In this document: in pieces, positions 33,866-50,149 of the stretch | Numbering within the stretch: position 1 is the stretch's first letter | How the letters are laid out: each line of letters begins with the position of its first letter | Origin: the human T2T-CHM13v2.0 reference genome, Homo sapiens | NCBI RefSeq assembly: GCF_009914755.1 | Contig: NC_060931.1 | DNA: 64,000 nt | Reading direction: 5' to 3' (one strand) | Made by a program: the position numbers and the translations under genes | The notes under the pieces: model-generated | Seen by the model: only the letters and a program-made list of their open reading frames with translations | What the model was told of the DNA's origin: nothing | The model's database searches: none

Positions 33866-36771
33866 TAGCCAGGATGGTCTCGATCTCCTGACCTCATGAT
33901 CCGCCCACCTCGTCCTCCCAAAGTGCTGGGATTACAGGTGTGAGCCACCGCGCCTGGCTTCCACGGTGTTTTCTAACGCCGCAGCGAAACCCATCCGTGT
34001 GCCACGTCAATTCCTTAGCCGCCATGCCATGCTGTCATCTCAGCCTGAGCTTGGCGTCAACCAAACTCTCTGGATAGCTACACCACAGACTGCTGTCAAG
34101 TCTAGTCATGCCCAGTGTGTGCTGGACAAAGCATATTTTTTTCTTCATTACCAAAGTATTAGAAGTGCATCATAACTGATTTAGAAAATAAAAAACACAA
34201 ATCATTTTGCCTAACACTGCTACTGTTTTGCTATACCGTTGTTCTTCCCCAGTGATTATGTTTGCAACACAGTTGTAAGAAAAGCACAATCAATTTTTCT
34301 TCTTTTTCTTAATGTTACATCCTAAGCATCCTTCCTTGTTGCCTATTTTTGTTTGTTTCTTTCTTTGTTTTTGAGATAGAGTTTCACTCTGTTGACCTGG
34401 CTGGAGTGCAGTGGCGCGATCTTGGCTGCAAACTCCGCCTCCCAAGGTTCAAGAGGTTTTCCTGCCTCAGTGTCCCAAGTAGCTGGGACTGCAGGTGCCT
34501 GCCACCATGCCTAGCTAATGTTTTTGGTCTTTTTAGCAGAGATGGGGTTTCAATAGGTTGGCCAGGCTGATCTTGAACTCCTGGACTCAGGTGATCTGCC
34601 CGCTTCGGCCTCCCAAAGTGCTGGGATTACGCAGTCTTCAGTCTTCATGCCCAGCCTATTTTTGTTTTTTTGAGATGGTGTCTTGCTGTGGCTCCCAGAC
34701 TGGAGTGCAGTGGCACCATCATAGCTGACTGCAGGCTCCAACTCCTGGGCTCAATGGATCCTCCTGCCTCAGCCTCCTGAGTAGATGGGACTAAACATAG
34801 GTCCCACCGTGCCTGTCTAATTTTTATCTATCTATGTATCTAGTATCTATCTCTCTATCTGTTAATTTTGAGGCAGAGTTTCACTCTGTCGTCCAGGCTG
34901 TAGTGCAATGGCAAAATCTTGGCTCACTGCAACCTCTGCCTCCTGGGTTCAAGTGATTCTCCTGCCTCAGCCTCCTGAGTAGCTGGGATTACAGGCATGT
35001 GCCACCACGCCCAGCTAATTTTTGTATTTTTAATAGAGACGGGGTTTCACCATGCTGGCCAGGCTGTTTTTCAACTCCTGACCTCAAGCGATCTGCCCGC
35101 CTCAGCCTTCCAAAGTGGTGAATTACAGGTGTGAGCCAATGCGCCTGACCTACTTATTTATTTTAAGACAGGGTCTTGCTCAGTGGCACCATCACAGCTC
35201 ACCACAGCCTTAACCTCCTGGGCTCAATCAATCCTCCCACCTCAGCCTCCCAAGTAGCTGGGACTACAGATACGGACCATCACGCCCAACTAATTTTTGT
35301 ACTTTTTGTGGAGATAGGGTTTCACCATGTTGCCCAGGCTAGCCTCAAGCTCCTGGGCTGAAGTGATCCTCCTGCTTTGGCCTCCCAAAGTGTTGAGATT
35401 ATAGGTGCGAGCCACTGCATCAGCCAATTAAAAAAAATTCTTCAGTAGAGATAGGGACTTGCTATGTTGCTGACTGGTCTTGAACTCCTGGCCTCAAGCA
35501 GTCCCCTCGCCTTGGCCTCCCAAAGTGTTGGAATTACAGGCATGAGCCACCTTGCCCTGCCTATTTTACTTATTTGCTTACTGCTTATCTCTCCACACGA
35601 GGATGTGTACCCCAGGAGGTGGGGACATCTGTTTGGTCTACTGCTTTTTCCCCAGCCCCTTACACAGGACCTAGTACACAGTAGGTGCTCAATAAATATT
35701 TGTTGAGGCAGGGCATGGTGGCTCACGCCTGTAATCCCAGCACTTTGGGAGGCTGAGGCAGGAGGATTATTTGAGGTCAGGAGTTTGAGACCTGTCTGGT
35801 CATCATGGTGAAACCCCATGTCTACTAAAAATACAAAAAAATCAGCCAGCTGTGGTGGCGGGCACCTGTAATCCTAGCTACTCAGGAGATTGAGGTAGGA
35901 GAACTGGTGGAACCCAGGAGGCGGAGGTTGCAGTGAGCTGAGATTGCGCCACTGCACTCCAGCCTGGGCGACAGAGTGAGGATCCATGTCAAAAAATTTA
36001 AGAGATGGGTCTCTGTATGTTCCCCAGGCTGATCTTGAACTCCCTGCCTCAAATAATCCCCTCGCCTTGGCTTCCCAAAGTGTTGGGATTACAAGCATGA
36101 GCCACCTTAGCCTGCCTATTTTACTTATTTGCTTACGATCCATCTATCTTTTCACATGAGGATGTGAACTCCAGGAGATGGGGACTTCTGCTTGCTTCAC
36201 TGCTTCGTCTCCAGCCCCTTACATGGGACCAGGTACACAATAGACGCTCAATAAATAGTTGTTGGATAAATGGACAAATTAATCCCAATAGGTGGCTCCT
36301 GGGAAGGATGCTGGGCCTTGTTATAAATGGAGCCTATGGTCGGGCGTAGTGGCTCGGGCCTGCAATCCCAGCACTTTGGGAGGCTGAGGCAGGTGGATCA
36401 CCTGAGGTCAGGAGGTCGAGACCAGCCTGACTGACATGGCGAAAGCCCCTCTCTACTAAAAATACAAAATTAGCCATGCGTGGTGGCATGTGCCTGTAAT
36501 CCCAGCTACTCAGGAGGCTGAGGCAGGAGAATCGCTTGAACACAGGAGGCAGAAGGTGCGGTAAGCCGAGATCGTGCCCCTGCACTCCAGCCTGGGCAGC
36601 AAGAGTGAAACTCCATCTCAAACAAAAAAAAAATAGGGAAACACACAAAGACGAAATGAAATGCCCAAGGTCTCTAAATAAATAAATAGAGCCTACTTGA
36701 GGTTTCCAAAAGGAACCCAGCCTTGGACTGGGGTCAGGCATATATTGGGTTTCCTCTACTAGAGGCGGTCA

Positions 36772-37011
<240 letters not shown>

Positions 37012-37387
37012 TCACAGTCCCTCAGGGACCACCCAGCCCAGTCTCCCCAGAGACAAGGGTCCTTTTCTTTCTCTTTTTTTATTTTTGTTCGAGATGGAGT
37101 CTCACTCTGTCGCCCAGGCTGGAGTGCAGTGGTGCCACCTCGGTTCACTGTAACCTCCGCCTCCCAGGTTCAAGCGATTCTCCTGCCTCAGCCTCCTGAG
37201 TAGCTGGGATTACAGGCATGAGCCATCATACCTGGCTAATTTTTGTATTTTTAGTAGAGATGGGGTTTCACCATGTTGGCCAGGCTGGTCTCGAACTCTT
37301 GACCTCAGGTGATCCGCCCGCCTCAGCCTCCGAAAGTGCTGGGATTATAGGCGTGAGCCACTGCACCTGGCCATTTCTTTTTTTTGA

Positions 37388-37492
<105 letters not shown>

Positions 37493-38073
37493 TGAGAAGC
37501 TGCACTGACAGTCACACACCACCACATTTGGCTAATGTTTTGTATTTTTTGTAGAGATGGGGGGTCTTTTTATGTTGCCCAGTCTGGTCTTGAACTCCTG
37601 GCCTCAAGCAATCCTCCCATGTCAGCCACCCAAAATGCCGGGATTACAAGTATGAGCCACTGCGTCCGGCACCCTCTTGGCTTCTGACAGTCACCCCATA
37701 CTGAGGCTCCAGTGCCCAAATCTACCCTCTCCTCTGAAGATGTGGAAAATGAGGCTTGGCAGGGGGTAGGGTCCAACTTGGAGCCTCTCAGGCTTATGCC
37801 TTTTTCTTCTCTCCAGCCTCACAAATCCCAGGGAAGCCAAGCCAGGGAGGTGATGTTTGAGGGGATCTTCTGGAACGTCAGAGCTAAGAACACTGGTTCA
37901 CAATGCAGGGGGCAGATGTGGCCAGAGAAAGAATTCACAATACCCAGGTGGGCCTCAGAATCCATGGAGAGAAACAGTGGCCTGGAGGCCTCTTCTTCAC
38001 CAGGGCAGACCCTCAGGAGGCTTATGTTACGGTCCTCATTTCTGCAGGGGGTGGTCAGATGTCCGTCGCTTAC

Positions 38074-38154
38074 TTGGGACAGTGACCGCAATGATGTCCA
38101 GATCCTCTGGCTCAATTTTGATTGGCTTCAGCCAACCCAGCTCCCCGGAGGTTC
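38074..38154 (-). pseudogene. GTF2IRD1-like exon, copy B only, 81 nt ([27 protein letters not shown]), with IKIE SUMO consensus
   Basis: ccttgcag|GAACC...CCCAA|gtaag. Confidence 0.92.
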
Positions 38155-38658
38155 CTGCAAGGAGGAAAAGAAGGATCTGGTCAAGTCTGGCAAGAGCCTG
38201 ACCAGGCAGAGTGAGTCTTTCCAGAACATTCTGGTGTCTGTAACTTGTTAGTGAGGACCTACCTAGGACAAGTCATGTCACTCCCCTGGCTTCTGCCCAG
38301 ACCGGAACTGGAGGTCAGGGGGCCCTCAGGCCAGGCTTAGGGGCTCCAATTTACAGACCCGGTAACTGAGGCCCCCCAGAGGGGAGGCTGCTGGTTCAAG
38401 AGCCTGCAGCCTGGGTCTGGGCATTGACAGGAGGCAGTGGTGATGCCAGCACCTAGCTCTCCATGTCCCCACCCCAGTAAGCTCCCAGTATGCCTTGCAC
38501 CTCGGCGCTGCAAGGCCTGGGAGATGCAGGTGGGCAGAGGAGGCTCATTAGCACTCCAGGCTCATGGGCTGAGTTGAGCTCCTCCTCAAAGCTGCGGGTA
38601 GGGCTGGTGATTGCCCTCCCGGCCCATGACACACACAGTGGGCCCTGGTCCTTCTCAC

Positions 38659-38696
38659 CTGGCCCACAGTCTTCAGACATGCCGCCCTTGTCTGAC
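38659..38696 (-). pseudogene. GTF2IRD1-like exon, copy B, 38 nt (SDKGGMSEDCGP)
   Basis: cttcatag|GTCAG...CCAG|gtgag. Confidence 0.9.
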
Positions 38697-39258
38697 CTAT
38701 GAAGGGAAGCAGGAAATGACACCTGTCAGCCAAGTCCAGGGCCACCCTGCCCCAGCCTTGCCCCTCCAGGCCGTCGGGGCCCCCCGCGGTTGCCACTGCA
38801 GAAGGCATCCCTGCCCTCATCACCCCCTGGCCCTCCAGGATGGTGCTCCCCACCTCCACCAGGGAGAGAGATTCCCCGTGCCCTGTCTCCAGGGACCACA
38901 ATCTCCAGGGGTGGCCAAGCCAGGCATCTGCTCACTGTCCTGGGGTGAGCATCTGGGGATCCCCCTTCCTCACCATCTGTGAGCTCTGGGGCTCCTGGCT
39001 TGGCACAGTAGGGGTGTGATCACTGCTTATGGGGGACTGAGACCTGCAGGGCCTGGAAAGTGTTAAGAATCTGGGGAGGGGGCTGGGGAATGAAGGTGGC
39101 AGGAACCCTGAGACAGATGATTTGGTTAATTCCCTCCCTCCCAGAGAACTGCAGGGAGAGGCCTGATATGATGTGGGGATTCTGGGATGAACAGCCCACC
39201 TCTGCCTTAAGAGGTCACAATGTGCTTGGGGGGTGTTGGTGGATGGTAGCCAAGCTGA

Positions 39259-39600
<342 letters not shown>

Positions 39601-39647
39601 TGATCTGCGTGCCTCAGCCTCCCAAAGTGCTGGGATTACAGGCGTGA

Positions 39648-39842
<195 letters not shown>

Positions 39843-39872
39843 TAGAGACAAGGGTCTCACTGTGTTGCCTAG

Positions 39873-40134
<262 letters not shown>

Positions 40135-41245
40135 TAATTTTTTATATTTTTAGTAGAGATGGGGTTTCACCATGTTGGTCAGGCTGGTCTCAAACTCCTG
40201 AACTCAGGTGATCCACCCACCTCAAACTCCCAAAGGGCTGGCATTACAGGTATAAGCCACCGTGCCTGGCCTTTATTTTCATTTAATGAGAACCTCAGCC
40301 AGGCGCAGTGGCTCAGTCCTGTTATCCCAGCCTTTTGGGAGGCCGAGGCAGGAGGATCACTTGAGGCCACGAGTTCAAGACCAACCTGGACAACACAGTG
40401 AGACCTCTGTCTCTGTTAAAAAAAAAAAATAGAGACAATCACATTGAGGGCATACAGGAAATGGAACTAAGATATATTTTGGCTTTGTAAATCAGTGTTT
40501 TCACATGCTGGTTTTGTTAGATTTATTTTTCCACCAGTGAAAACATTTTTTGAACACAAATTTCTTTTCCAACTAAACAATTTGTAAGTAAAGTTCATTC
40601 AAATGTGTGTTGAAACATTTAATGTTTGTCTTCTGAAGTTTATCTTTATGTACATCAAGATATTGGTTGTCTTGTTTTAAATGTATCATTGGATATCACA
40701 CATTATATTAGTTGTTTAATAAGGGTAATGCCCATCTAGGAATGAATAGTTTTTTTAAATCAAAAACAAGAAGACAAATGACAAACTCCATGTGGCAGAT
40801 AAAAGGTTAATGAGCTTCACATATAAAGAACTTCTTCAAATAAGTAAAGAAAAAAACATTTAGGCCAGGCGCGGAGGCTCATGCCTGTAATCCCAGCACT
40901 TCGGGAGGCCGAGGTGGGCGGATCATGAGGGCAGGATATCAAGACCATCCTGGCTAACACGGTGAAACCCTGTCTCTACTAAAAATACATAAAATTAGCC
41001 AGGCGTGGTGGCAGGCACCTGTAGTCCCAGCTACTCAGGAAACTGAGGCAAGAGAATGGCGTGAACCCAGGAGGCAGAGCTTGCGGTGAGCCGAGATCGT
41101 GCCACTGCACTACAGCCTGGGCGACAGAGTGAGACTCCATCTCAAGAAAAAAAAGAAGAAGAAACATTTAAAACATTAAATAATGCACCAAGGACATGAA
41201 TGAACAATTCACCATTTAGACATACAAAGGGCCAACAAGGGATGA

Positions 41246-41452
<207 letters not shown>

Positions 41453-41791
41453 TAAAAATTTAGGATTGCATTTTTGCATTTTATGCCTATGAGCGTACAG
41501 AAAGATGTACCTCCCTGAGAAGCAAAAATTGTAACATTTCCAGAGAGCAACTCAGTACAGTGTGTCATGAGCCTTAAAAACCTTTTTAGGCTGGGAGCAG
41601 TGGTGGCTCATGCCTGTAATCCCAGCACTTTGGGAGGCTGAGGCAGGAGGACCACTTGAGCTCAGGAGTTCAAGACCAGCCTGGGCAATATAGCAAGACC
41701 TCATCTCTACAACACCAACACCCACACCTTGGAATGAGCCTGATCTCTGCCACTGAGTGGGGTGGGGCCTTGGATGAGTCACACTCCTTTA

Positions 41792-42229
<438 letters not shown>

Positions 42230-42408
42230 TTATCTTATTCTCTTTTTTTAAAGGAGGGTCCCAGCTCCTCCCTTCCCTCCCTCCCTTGTCCCTGCCCAGA
42301 GAGCAGCTGGGATGGGAGCTGGCAAGGGGATGGGTCCAAAGCCCTTCTGCAAACAGGGCCACTGGAGGGGGCTGGGATGCCCCCAACCCTGTCCCACTTC
42401 TTGCTCAC

Positions 42409-42474
42409 CGTATCTTGTGTTGAAGAGCAGCTCCACCTGCTTCCACAGGGGCCGGATCACGTCACCTTGACTGT
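42409..42474 (-). pseudogene. GTF2IRD1-like exon, copy A, 66 nt, start of I-repeat (DSQGDVIRPLWKQVELLFNTRY), open
   Basis: gccttccag|ACAG...TACG|gtgag. Confidence 0.92.
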
Positions 42475-42845
42475 CTGGAAGGCAAAAGGCAGTCTGTTGA
42501 GGCTCTTTGGTGGCAGCTTCTCGGCTGATGTTCCTGCTCTGCTGGTACCAAGATTGGCCTTGTGGTGGGATCTTGGAATGGGGGAAGGCTGGGGCTGGGG
42601 TGGTGGCAGTGGGCAACTTATTTCCTCAGAAATGGCACACGCAGACAGGTCCACAATTCCTGTGAGCCAGACAGTGCTCACATTCCTGTTAGTGAAATCA
42701 AATCTAGGGCATCACCAGCCTGAATGAAGATTTGGAAGGTTCTGTGGACTACGAGTGACCATGCATCTTTCTAGGTATGTGACTGAGTATAGTATGTGAC
42801 TGAGAACTACTGGGTACACACTAAGCCTGCAAATTGAGCACACCG

Positions 42846-42859
42846 CCACCAGGTGGCAG
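42846..42859 (+). promoter_or_regulatory. CTCF core motif CCACCAGGTGGCAG (copy A)
   Basis: identical paralogous motif. Confidence 0.6.
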
Positions 42860-43420
42860 TGGAACTGTGTTAAGACTTCATGGTTCCTCCTGCCGGGCTG
42901 GGTTTGGGAAGTGACAATTCTGTCCTCTGACACTCACTCATTCTATTCCAGGATACTCCAGAGGTGAAACAGACCCACCCTCACGCTGGCCTCCCTCTCT
43001 CTCTGTCCTACTTCCACTCTCAGCAGGGAGGGAATTCTCACGTTCCTGAGAATGGGTGTGTCTGCTGGACACAAAGCCAATTTTGTGCTTTCAGGCCTCT
43101 ATTCTACTTGTTCAGATAGAGGAGGCTCAGTTCCCAGTCTTAAAACCTTTGTGGAAAGCAGCAAACAAAGTCTTGTAATTTCCCTTAGCAGTGGGAACCG
43201 CTTGCAGCTCTGACCAGGTACCTCCTGGTTCTAGAAGACATGTCCTTAAATCTCCTCCCACCTCAGGCAGCCCACAGGACTCCCACCCCCAAACCAGGGT
43301 GCTGGAGAGAGATGGGATGGAGAGAAGGAAGAGACCCAGAGGCCAAGGGTAGGTGGAGGGCAGGGGAGGAGACATGGGGTGGCGGTGGGCGTAAAACGTG
43401 GGGGATAGACAGTGCCTCAC

Positions 43421-43468
43421 CCTCCACGGGCCTCTCCTCAGGCCGTGGGTCCTCACTCAGGCCTTTGT
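43421..43468 (-). pseudogene. GTF2IRD1-like exon, copy A only, 48 nt (DKGLSEDPRPEERPVE)
   Basis: ctcttttag|ACAAAG...GAGG|gtgag. Confidence 0.9.
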
Positions 43469-43691
43469 CTAAAAGAGAACAGAGGATGCCGGGAAGCCAT
43501 GTTCATCATCTCCTAAGCCTTGCACTGCTGACGTCAGACCAGATAGCTGGGGAATGGAGGGCCAGGGGACCCCAACTCTGAAGCACGGCACCCACTCCAA
43601 TGGGATCAGGGATCCAGATTCCATACAGGTGCCCACCCTGGCCTTCACACAGAAGCAGGCTGAGATCATTTTGCATGTACCTCCCAAGCTA

Positions 43692-44174
<483 letters not shown>

Positions 44175-44539
44175 CTATCTCTTCACATGAGGATGTGAAC
44201 TCCAGGAGGTGGGGACTTCAGGTTCACTGCTTTGTCTCCAGCCCCTTATATGGGACCAGGTACACAATAGATGCTCAATAAATAGTTGTTGGATAAATGG
44301 ACAAATTAATCCCAATAGGTGGCTCCTGGGAAGGATGCTGAGCCTTGTTATAAATGGAGCCTACAGTCGTGTGTGGTGGCTCACACCTGCAATCCCAGCA
44401 CTTTGGGAGGCTGAGGCAGGTGGATCACCTGAGGTCAGGAGGTCGAGATCAGCCTGAACAACATGGCGAAAGCCCGTCTATACGAAAACTAAAAAATTAG
44501 CCAGGCGTGATGGCGTGTGCCAGTAATCCCAGCTACTTA

Positions 44540-44644
<105 letters not shown>

Positions 44645-44649
44645 TCAAA

Positions 44650-44975
44650 ATGTGTGTGTGTATATATATATGTGTGTGTATGTGTATATATATATATACG
44701 TATATATATGTATATATATGTATATATATGTATATATGTATATATATGTATATATATGTATATATATGTGTGTGTGTATATATATACGTATATATATGTA
44801 TATATGTGTGTGTATATATGTGTATATATGTGTGTATATATGTGTGTATATATAATGTGTGTATATATATGTGTGTATATATATGTGTATGTATATATAT
44901 GGGTATATATATGTGTGTGTATATATATGGGTACATATCTATATATCTATATATCTATATCTATATCTATATATA
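44650..44975. repeat. Degenerate (TA/TG)n and (TATATC)n microsatellite
   Basis: direct reading. Confidence 0.97.
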
Positions 44976-45213
44976 AACACACAAAGATGACGTGAAATGC
45001 CCAAGGTCTCTAAATAAATAAATAGAGCCTACTTGCCTACTTGAGGTTTCCAAAAGGAACCCAGCCTTGGATTGGGGTCAGGCATATATTGGATTACATC
45101 TACTAGAGCCGGTCAACACCAAGAAAAGCCTGAGGCCTGTCTGGCCCACCCCTTTCCCTTTGCTCCCTGGGGAGATGAGTCCCAAGCACCACCAGCCCAG
45201 CTCCATTTCTTAC

Positions 45214-45303
45214 CTGTCAGCATCTCCATCCCACAATCAGAATCCTCCGATGGCAGGTGCCCAGCCATTGAGTCTGTCATTTCCTCAGAGGTTGGTGACG
45301 GGT
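45214..45303 (-). pseudogene. GTF2IRD1-like exon, copy A, 90 nt ([30 protein letters not shown])
   Basis: gtcttcag|ACCC...ACAG|gtaag. Confidence 0.92.
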
Positions 45304-45570
45304 CTGAAGACAAAACTCCAAATGACATGGGTGTCTTCTGCCTGTTGTACTCCTGTCACAGTCCCTCAGGGACCACCCAGCCCAGTCTCCCCACAGACAA
45401 GGGTCCTTTTCTTTCCCTTTTTTTTTTTTCATTTGAGATGGAGTCTCACTCTATTGCCCAGAGGAGGCTCATTAGCACTCCACTCTCATAGGCTGAGTTG
45501 AGCTCCTCCCCAAGGCTGGTGGTTGCCCTCCCTGCCCACGATACACACAGCGGGCCCTGTTCCTTCTCAC

Positions 45571-45608
45571 CTGGCCCGCAGTCTTCACACATGCTGCCCT
45601 TGTCTGAC
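45571..45608 (-). pseudogene. GTF2IRD1-like exon, copy A, 38 nt (SDKGSMCEDCGP)
   Basis: cttcacag|GTCAG...CCAG|gtgag. Confidence 0.9.
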
Positions 45609-46472
45609 CTGTGAAGGGAAGCAGCAAATGACACCTGTCAGCCAAGTCCAGGGCCACCCTGCCCCAGCCTTGCCCCTCCAGGCGGTCGGGGCCCACCGCG
45701 GTCGCCACAGCAGAAGGCATCCCTGTCCCCATCAGTCCCTGGCCCTCCAGGATGGTGCTCCCCACCTCCACCAGGGAGACAGATTCCCTGTGCTTTATCT
45801 CCAGGGACCACAATCTCCAGGGGTGGCCAAGCCAGGCACCTGCTCACTGTCCTGGGGTGAACCATCTGGGGATCCCCCTTCCTCACCATCTGTGAGCTCT
45901 GGGGCTCCTGGCTTGGCACAGTAGGGGTTTGATCACTGCTTGTGGGGGACTGAGACCTGCAGGGCCTGGAAAGTGTTAAGAATCTGGGGAGGGGGCTGGG
46001 GAATGAAGGTGGCAGGAACCCTGGGACAGATGATTTGGTTAATTCCCACCCACCCAGGGAGCTGCAGGGAGAGGCCTGATATGATGTGGGGATTCTGGGA
46101 TAAACAGCCCACCTCTGCCCCTAAGAGGTCAGAACACATGCTTGGGGGGTGTTGGTGGATGGTAACCAAGCTGACTGCTGGGGGCAAGGTCTGGTGGGCA
46201 CTCGGGACAGGCATCGAACCTGGTGTTGGTATGTGTTTACGCATGTAAGTGTATATATATATGCATTCATGTTTTTTTGTGTGTGTGTGGCACAATCTTG
46301 GCTCAATGCAACCTCTGCTCCGGGGTTCAAGCGATTCTCCTGCCTCAACCTCCTGAGTGGCTGGGACTGCAGGCATATGCCACCATACCCGGCTAATTAT
46401 TTTTGTATTTTTAGTAGAGACGGGCTTTCGTCATGTTGGCCAGGTTGGTTTCAAACTCCTGACCTCAGGTGA

Positions 46473-46652
<180 letters not shown>

Positions 46653-46655
46653 TGA

Positions 46656-47282
<627 letters not shown>

Positions 47283-48484
47283 TTAAAAAAAAAAAAAAAA
47301 TAGAGACGACCTCATTGAGGGCATACAGGAAATAAAACTAAGATATATTTTGGCTTTGTAAATCAGTGTTTTCACATACGGAATCGGCTGAACCTGGTAG
47401 GTGGAGGTTGGAGCGAAGTTGTGCTACTGCACTCCAGCCTGGGCAACAGGGTGAGATTCCGTCTCAAAAAAACAAACAAAAAAAATCCAGGTGAGAACAC
47501 AGGACAATTTGTTTAAAATAGTCATCACATGAGTTAGCACATAGAAAAAAACATACAAAGGGTAGATACTAGGAATACTAGTGGTTGCCTGAGGAAGATG
47601 TGATTGCAGCTTTCCTTCATGTGTTACATAGTTTTTGGTATGTTTTGTTTTAAGAGACAGGGTCTTGCTCTGTTGCCCAGTGCAGTGGTGCAATCACAGC
47701 CCACTGCAGCCTCAACCTCTTGGGCTCAAGCAATTCTCCCGAATAGCTGGGACTACAGGTATATACCACCAAATCCAGTTAATTGTTTTATTTTTTGTAG
47801 AGATGGGGTCTTGCTATGCTGCCCAGGCTGGTTGTAAACTCCTGGGATCAAGCGATCCACCTGCCTCAGTCTCCTCAGTAGCTGGAACTAGAGGCGTGCA
47901 CCACCACGGCTGGCTACTTTTTAAAATTTTTTGTAGAGAAAGGGTTTCGCCATGTTGCCCAAGCTGGTCTCGAATTCCTGGGCTCGAGTGATCCTCCCAC
48001 ATTGGCCTCCCAAAGTGCTAGGATTACAGACATGAGCCACTGCACCTGCTCCATGTGTTACACAGTTCTCTATCATTTAACTGTTTCATATCATACATGT
48101 GTAAACAGAAAAAGCACACACATGCAAAATCCTCTAATGTTTGCATTTTCTGTAGAGATGGAGTCTCACTATGTTGCCCAGGCTGATCTTAAACTGCTGG
48201 ACTCAAGTGATCTGCCCACCTCGGCCTCCCAAAGTGTTGGGATTACAGGTATGAGCCACTGTGCCTGGCCCTAAGTATTTATTTTAAGCCACTAGGTCTG
48301 GAGTAATTTGTTACATAGCAGCAGATAAATAATACACATATTTTCTATAGTGATCACATTTATAATTCAAATTGAGTTTAAAAGGCTGGGAGCAGTGGCT
48401 CATGCCTGTAATCCTAGCACTTTAGGAGCTGTGTCATCTTTGGAAAGGTACTTGAACTCTCTGTGCCTTAGAATCCGTTTTCTA

Positions 48485-48847
<363 letters not shown>

Positions 48848-48871
48848 CTAGCAAGTATAAAAGAAAAAAAA

Positions 48872-49690
48872 GTATCAGGACCCTCTATAAATTTATCATG
48901 CCAAGAGGGAAGTTACACCCTGACCGAGTCACATAGCATGTTTGTAACTTCTGCTTCTTAAATTATAATTTATTCCTTCCTTATTATTTTCATTCTGCAA
49001 ATGACTATGAGAGACCAGAGACTAGTCGTCCTCTCCTTACAATCACTTATCTTTGTTACAGATTAACTGCCTCCTTTATTGTTCTGTACCTAACTCACAC
49101 CAGATGGCACAAAAGACCCCATGACTTACATCTTCAGTGTAGAAGGTAAAATACACCTTTCCCGGAAAAAAGACCACCTCGTCTGGGTGCAGTCGCTCAT
49201 GCCTGTAATCCCAGTACTTTGGGAGGCCGAAGTGAGAGGACTGCTTATGCCCAGGAATTTGAGACTGGCCTGGGCAATGTGGTGAAACCCTGTCTCTACA
49301 AAAAATACAAAAATTAGTCAGGTGTGTTGGTGCACGCCTGTAGTCCCAGCTCCTAGGGATGCCCAGGTGGGAGGATCGCTTGAGCCAGGGAGGCTGAGGC
49401 TGTAATGAGTTGCGATTGCACTACTGCACTCCAGCCTGGGTGACAGAGTGAAAGAAAGACCACCTGGACCAATCAGATTGTTTTAACTATGTATTAAGCC
49501 TTAAACGGAGAGATGCTGAAATTCTGCTAAGCTTCCCTAAACTTTGTCTATGCAAGTGATCCCAAACTTCTAAGCCTTGGAACACTGTCTTCCACTCTTG
49601 GGTATCTGTGCTTCCCAGGTGGCCCTCCTTAAACTCTGCATGAATAAACTCCCTTTAGATTCTGACCCTGTTGATTATTTGAGGTTGACA
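48872..49690 (+). mobile_element. ERV1 (MER4-group-like) solo LTR interrupted by an Alu (~49181-49455); 5' end approximate
   Basis: AATAAA near the 3' end, ends ...gaggttgaCA; Alu TSD AAAGACCACCT. Confidence 0.6.
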
Positions 49691-50149
49691 CACTGTGCAA
49701 TATACATCAGAATACCAATTTTTTTTTTTTTTAGACGGAGTCTCTCTCTCTGTCGCCCAGGCTGGAGTGCAGTGGCGCGATCTCGCCTCACTGCAACCTC
49801 CGCCTCCCGGGTTCAAGCAATTCTCTGCCTCTGCCTCAGTCTCCCAAGTAGCTGGTATTACAGGTGCCCGCTACCACGCCAGGCTAATTTTTGTATTTTT
49901 GGTAGAGACGGGGTTTCACCATGCTAGCCAGGATGGTCTTGAATTCCTGACCTCGTGATCCACCCGCCTCGGCCTCCCAAAGTGCTGGATTACAGGCGTG
50001 AACCACTGCGCCCGGCCCGATCGCTTATATTTTTAAAAAGATGTTTTCTGCGTTTCCTAGCCCCTTGTACCCCCGCTACAAAGTTCCAAAGGCTTTAATG
50101 TTGTTGCAACGGCCATCAGCTGTCAAGATGGGGGGTTCAGCTCCCTAAA

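Noticed and set aside
37712-38251. 179-aa + strand ORF
   Set aside because: Antisense to the 81-nt pseudo-exon and intron; non-ATG start; no homology recognised
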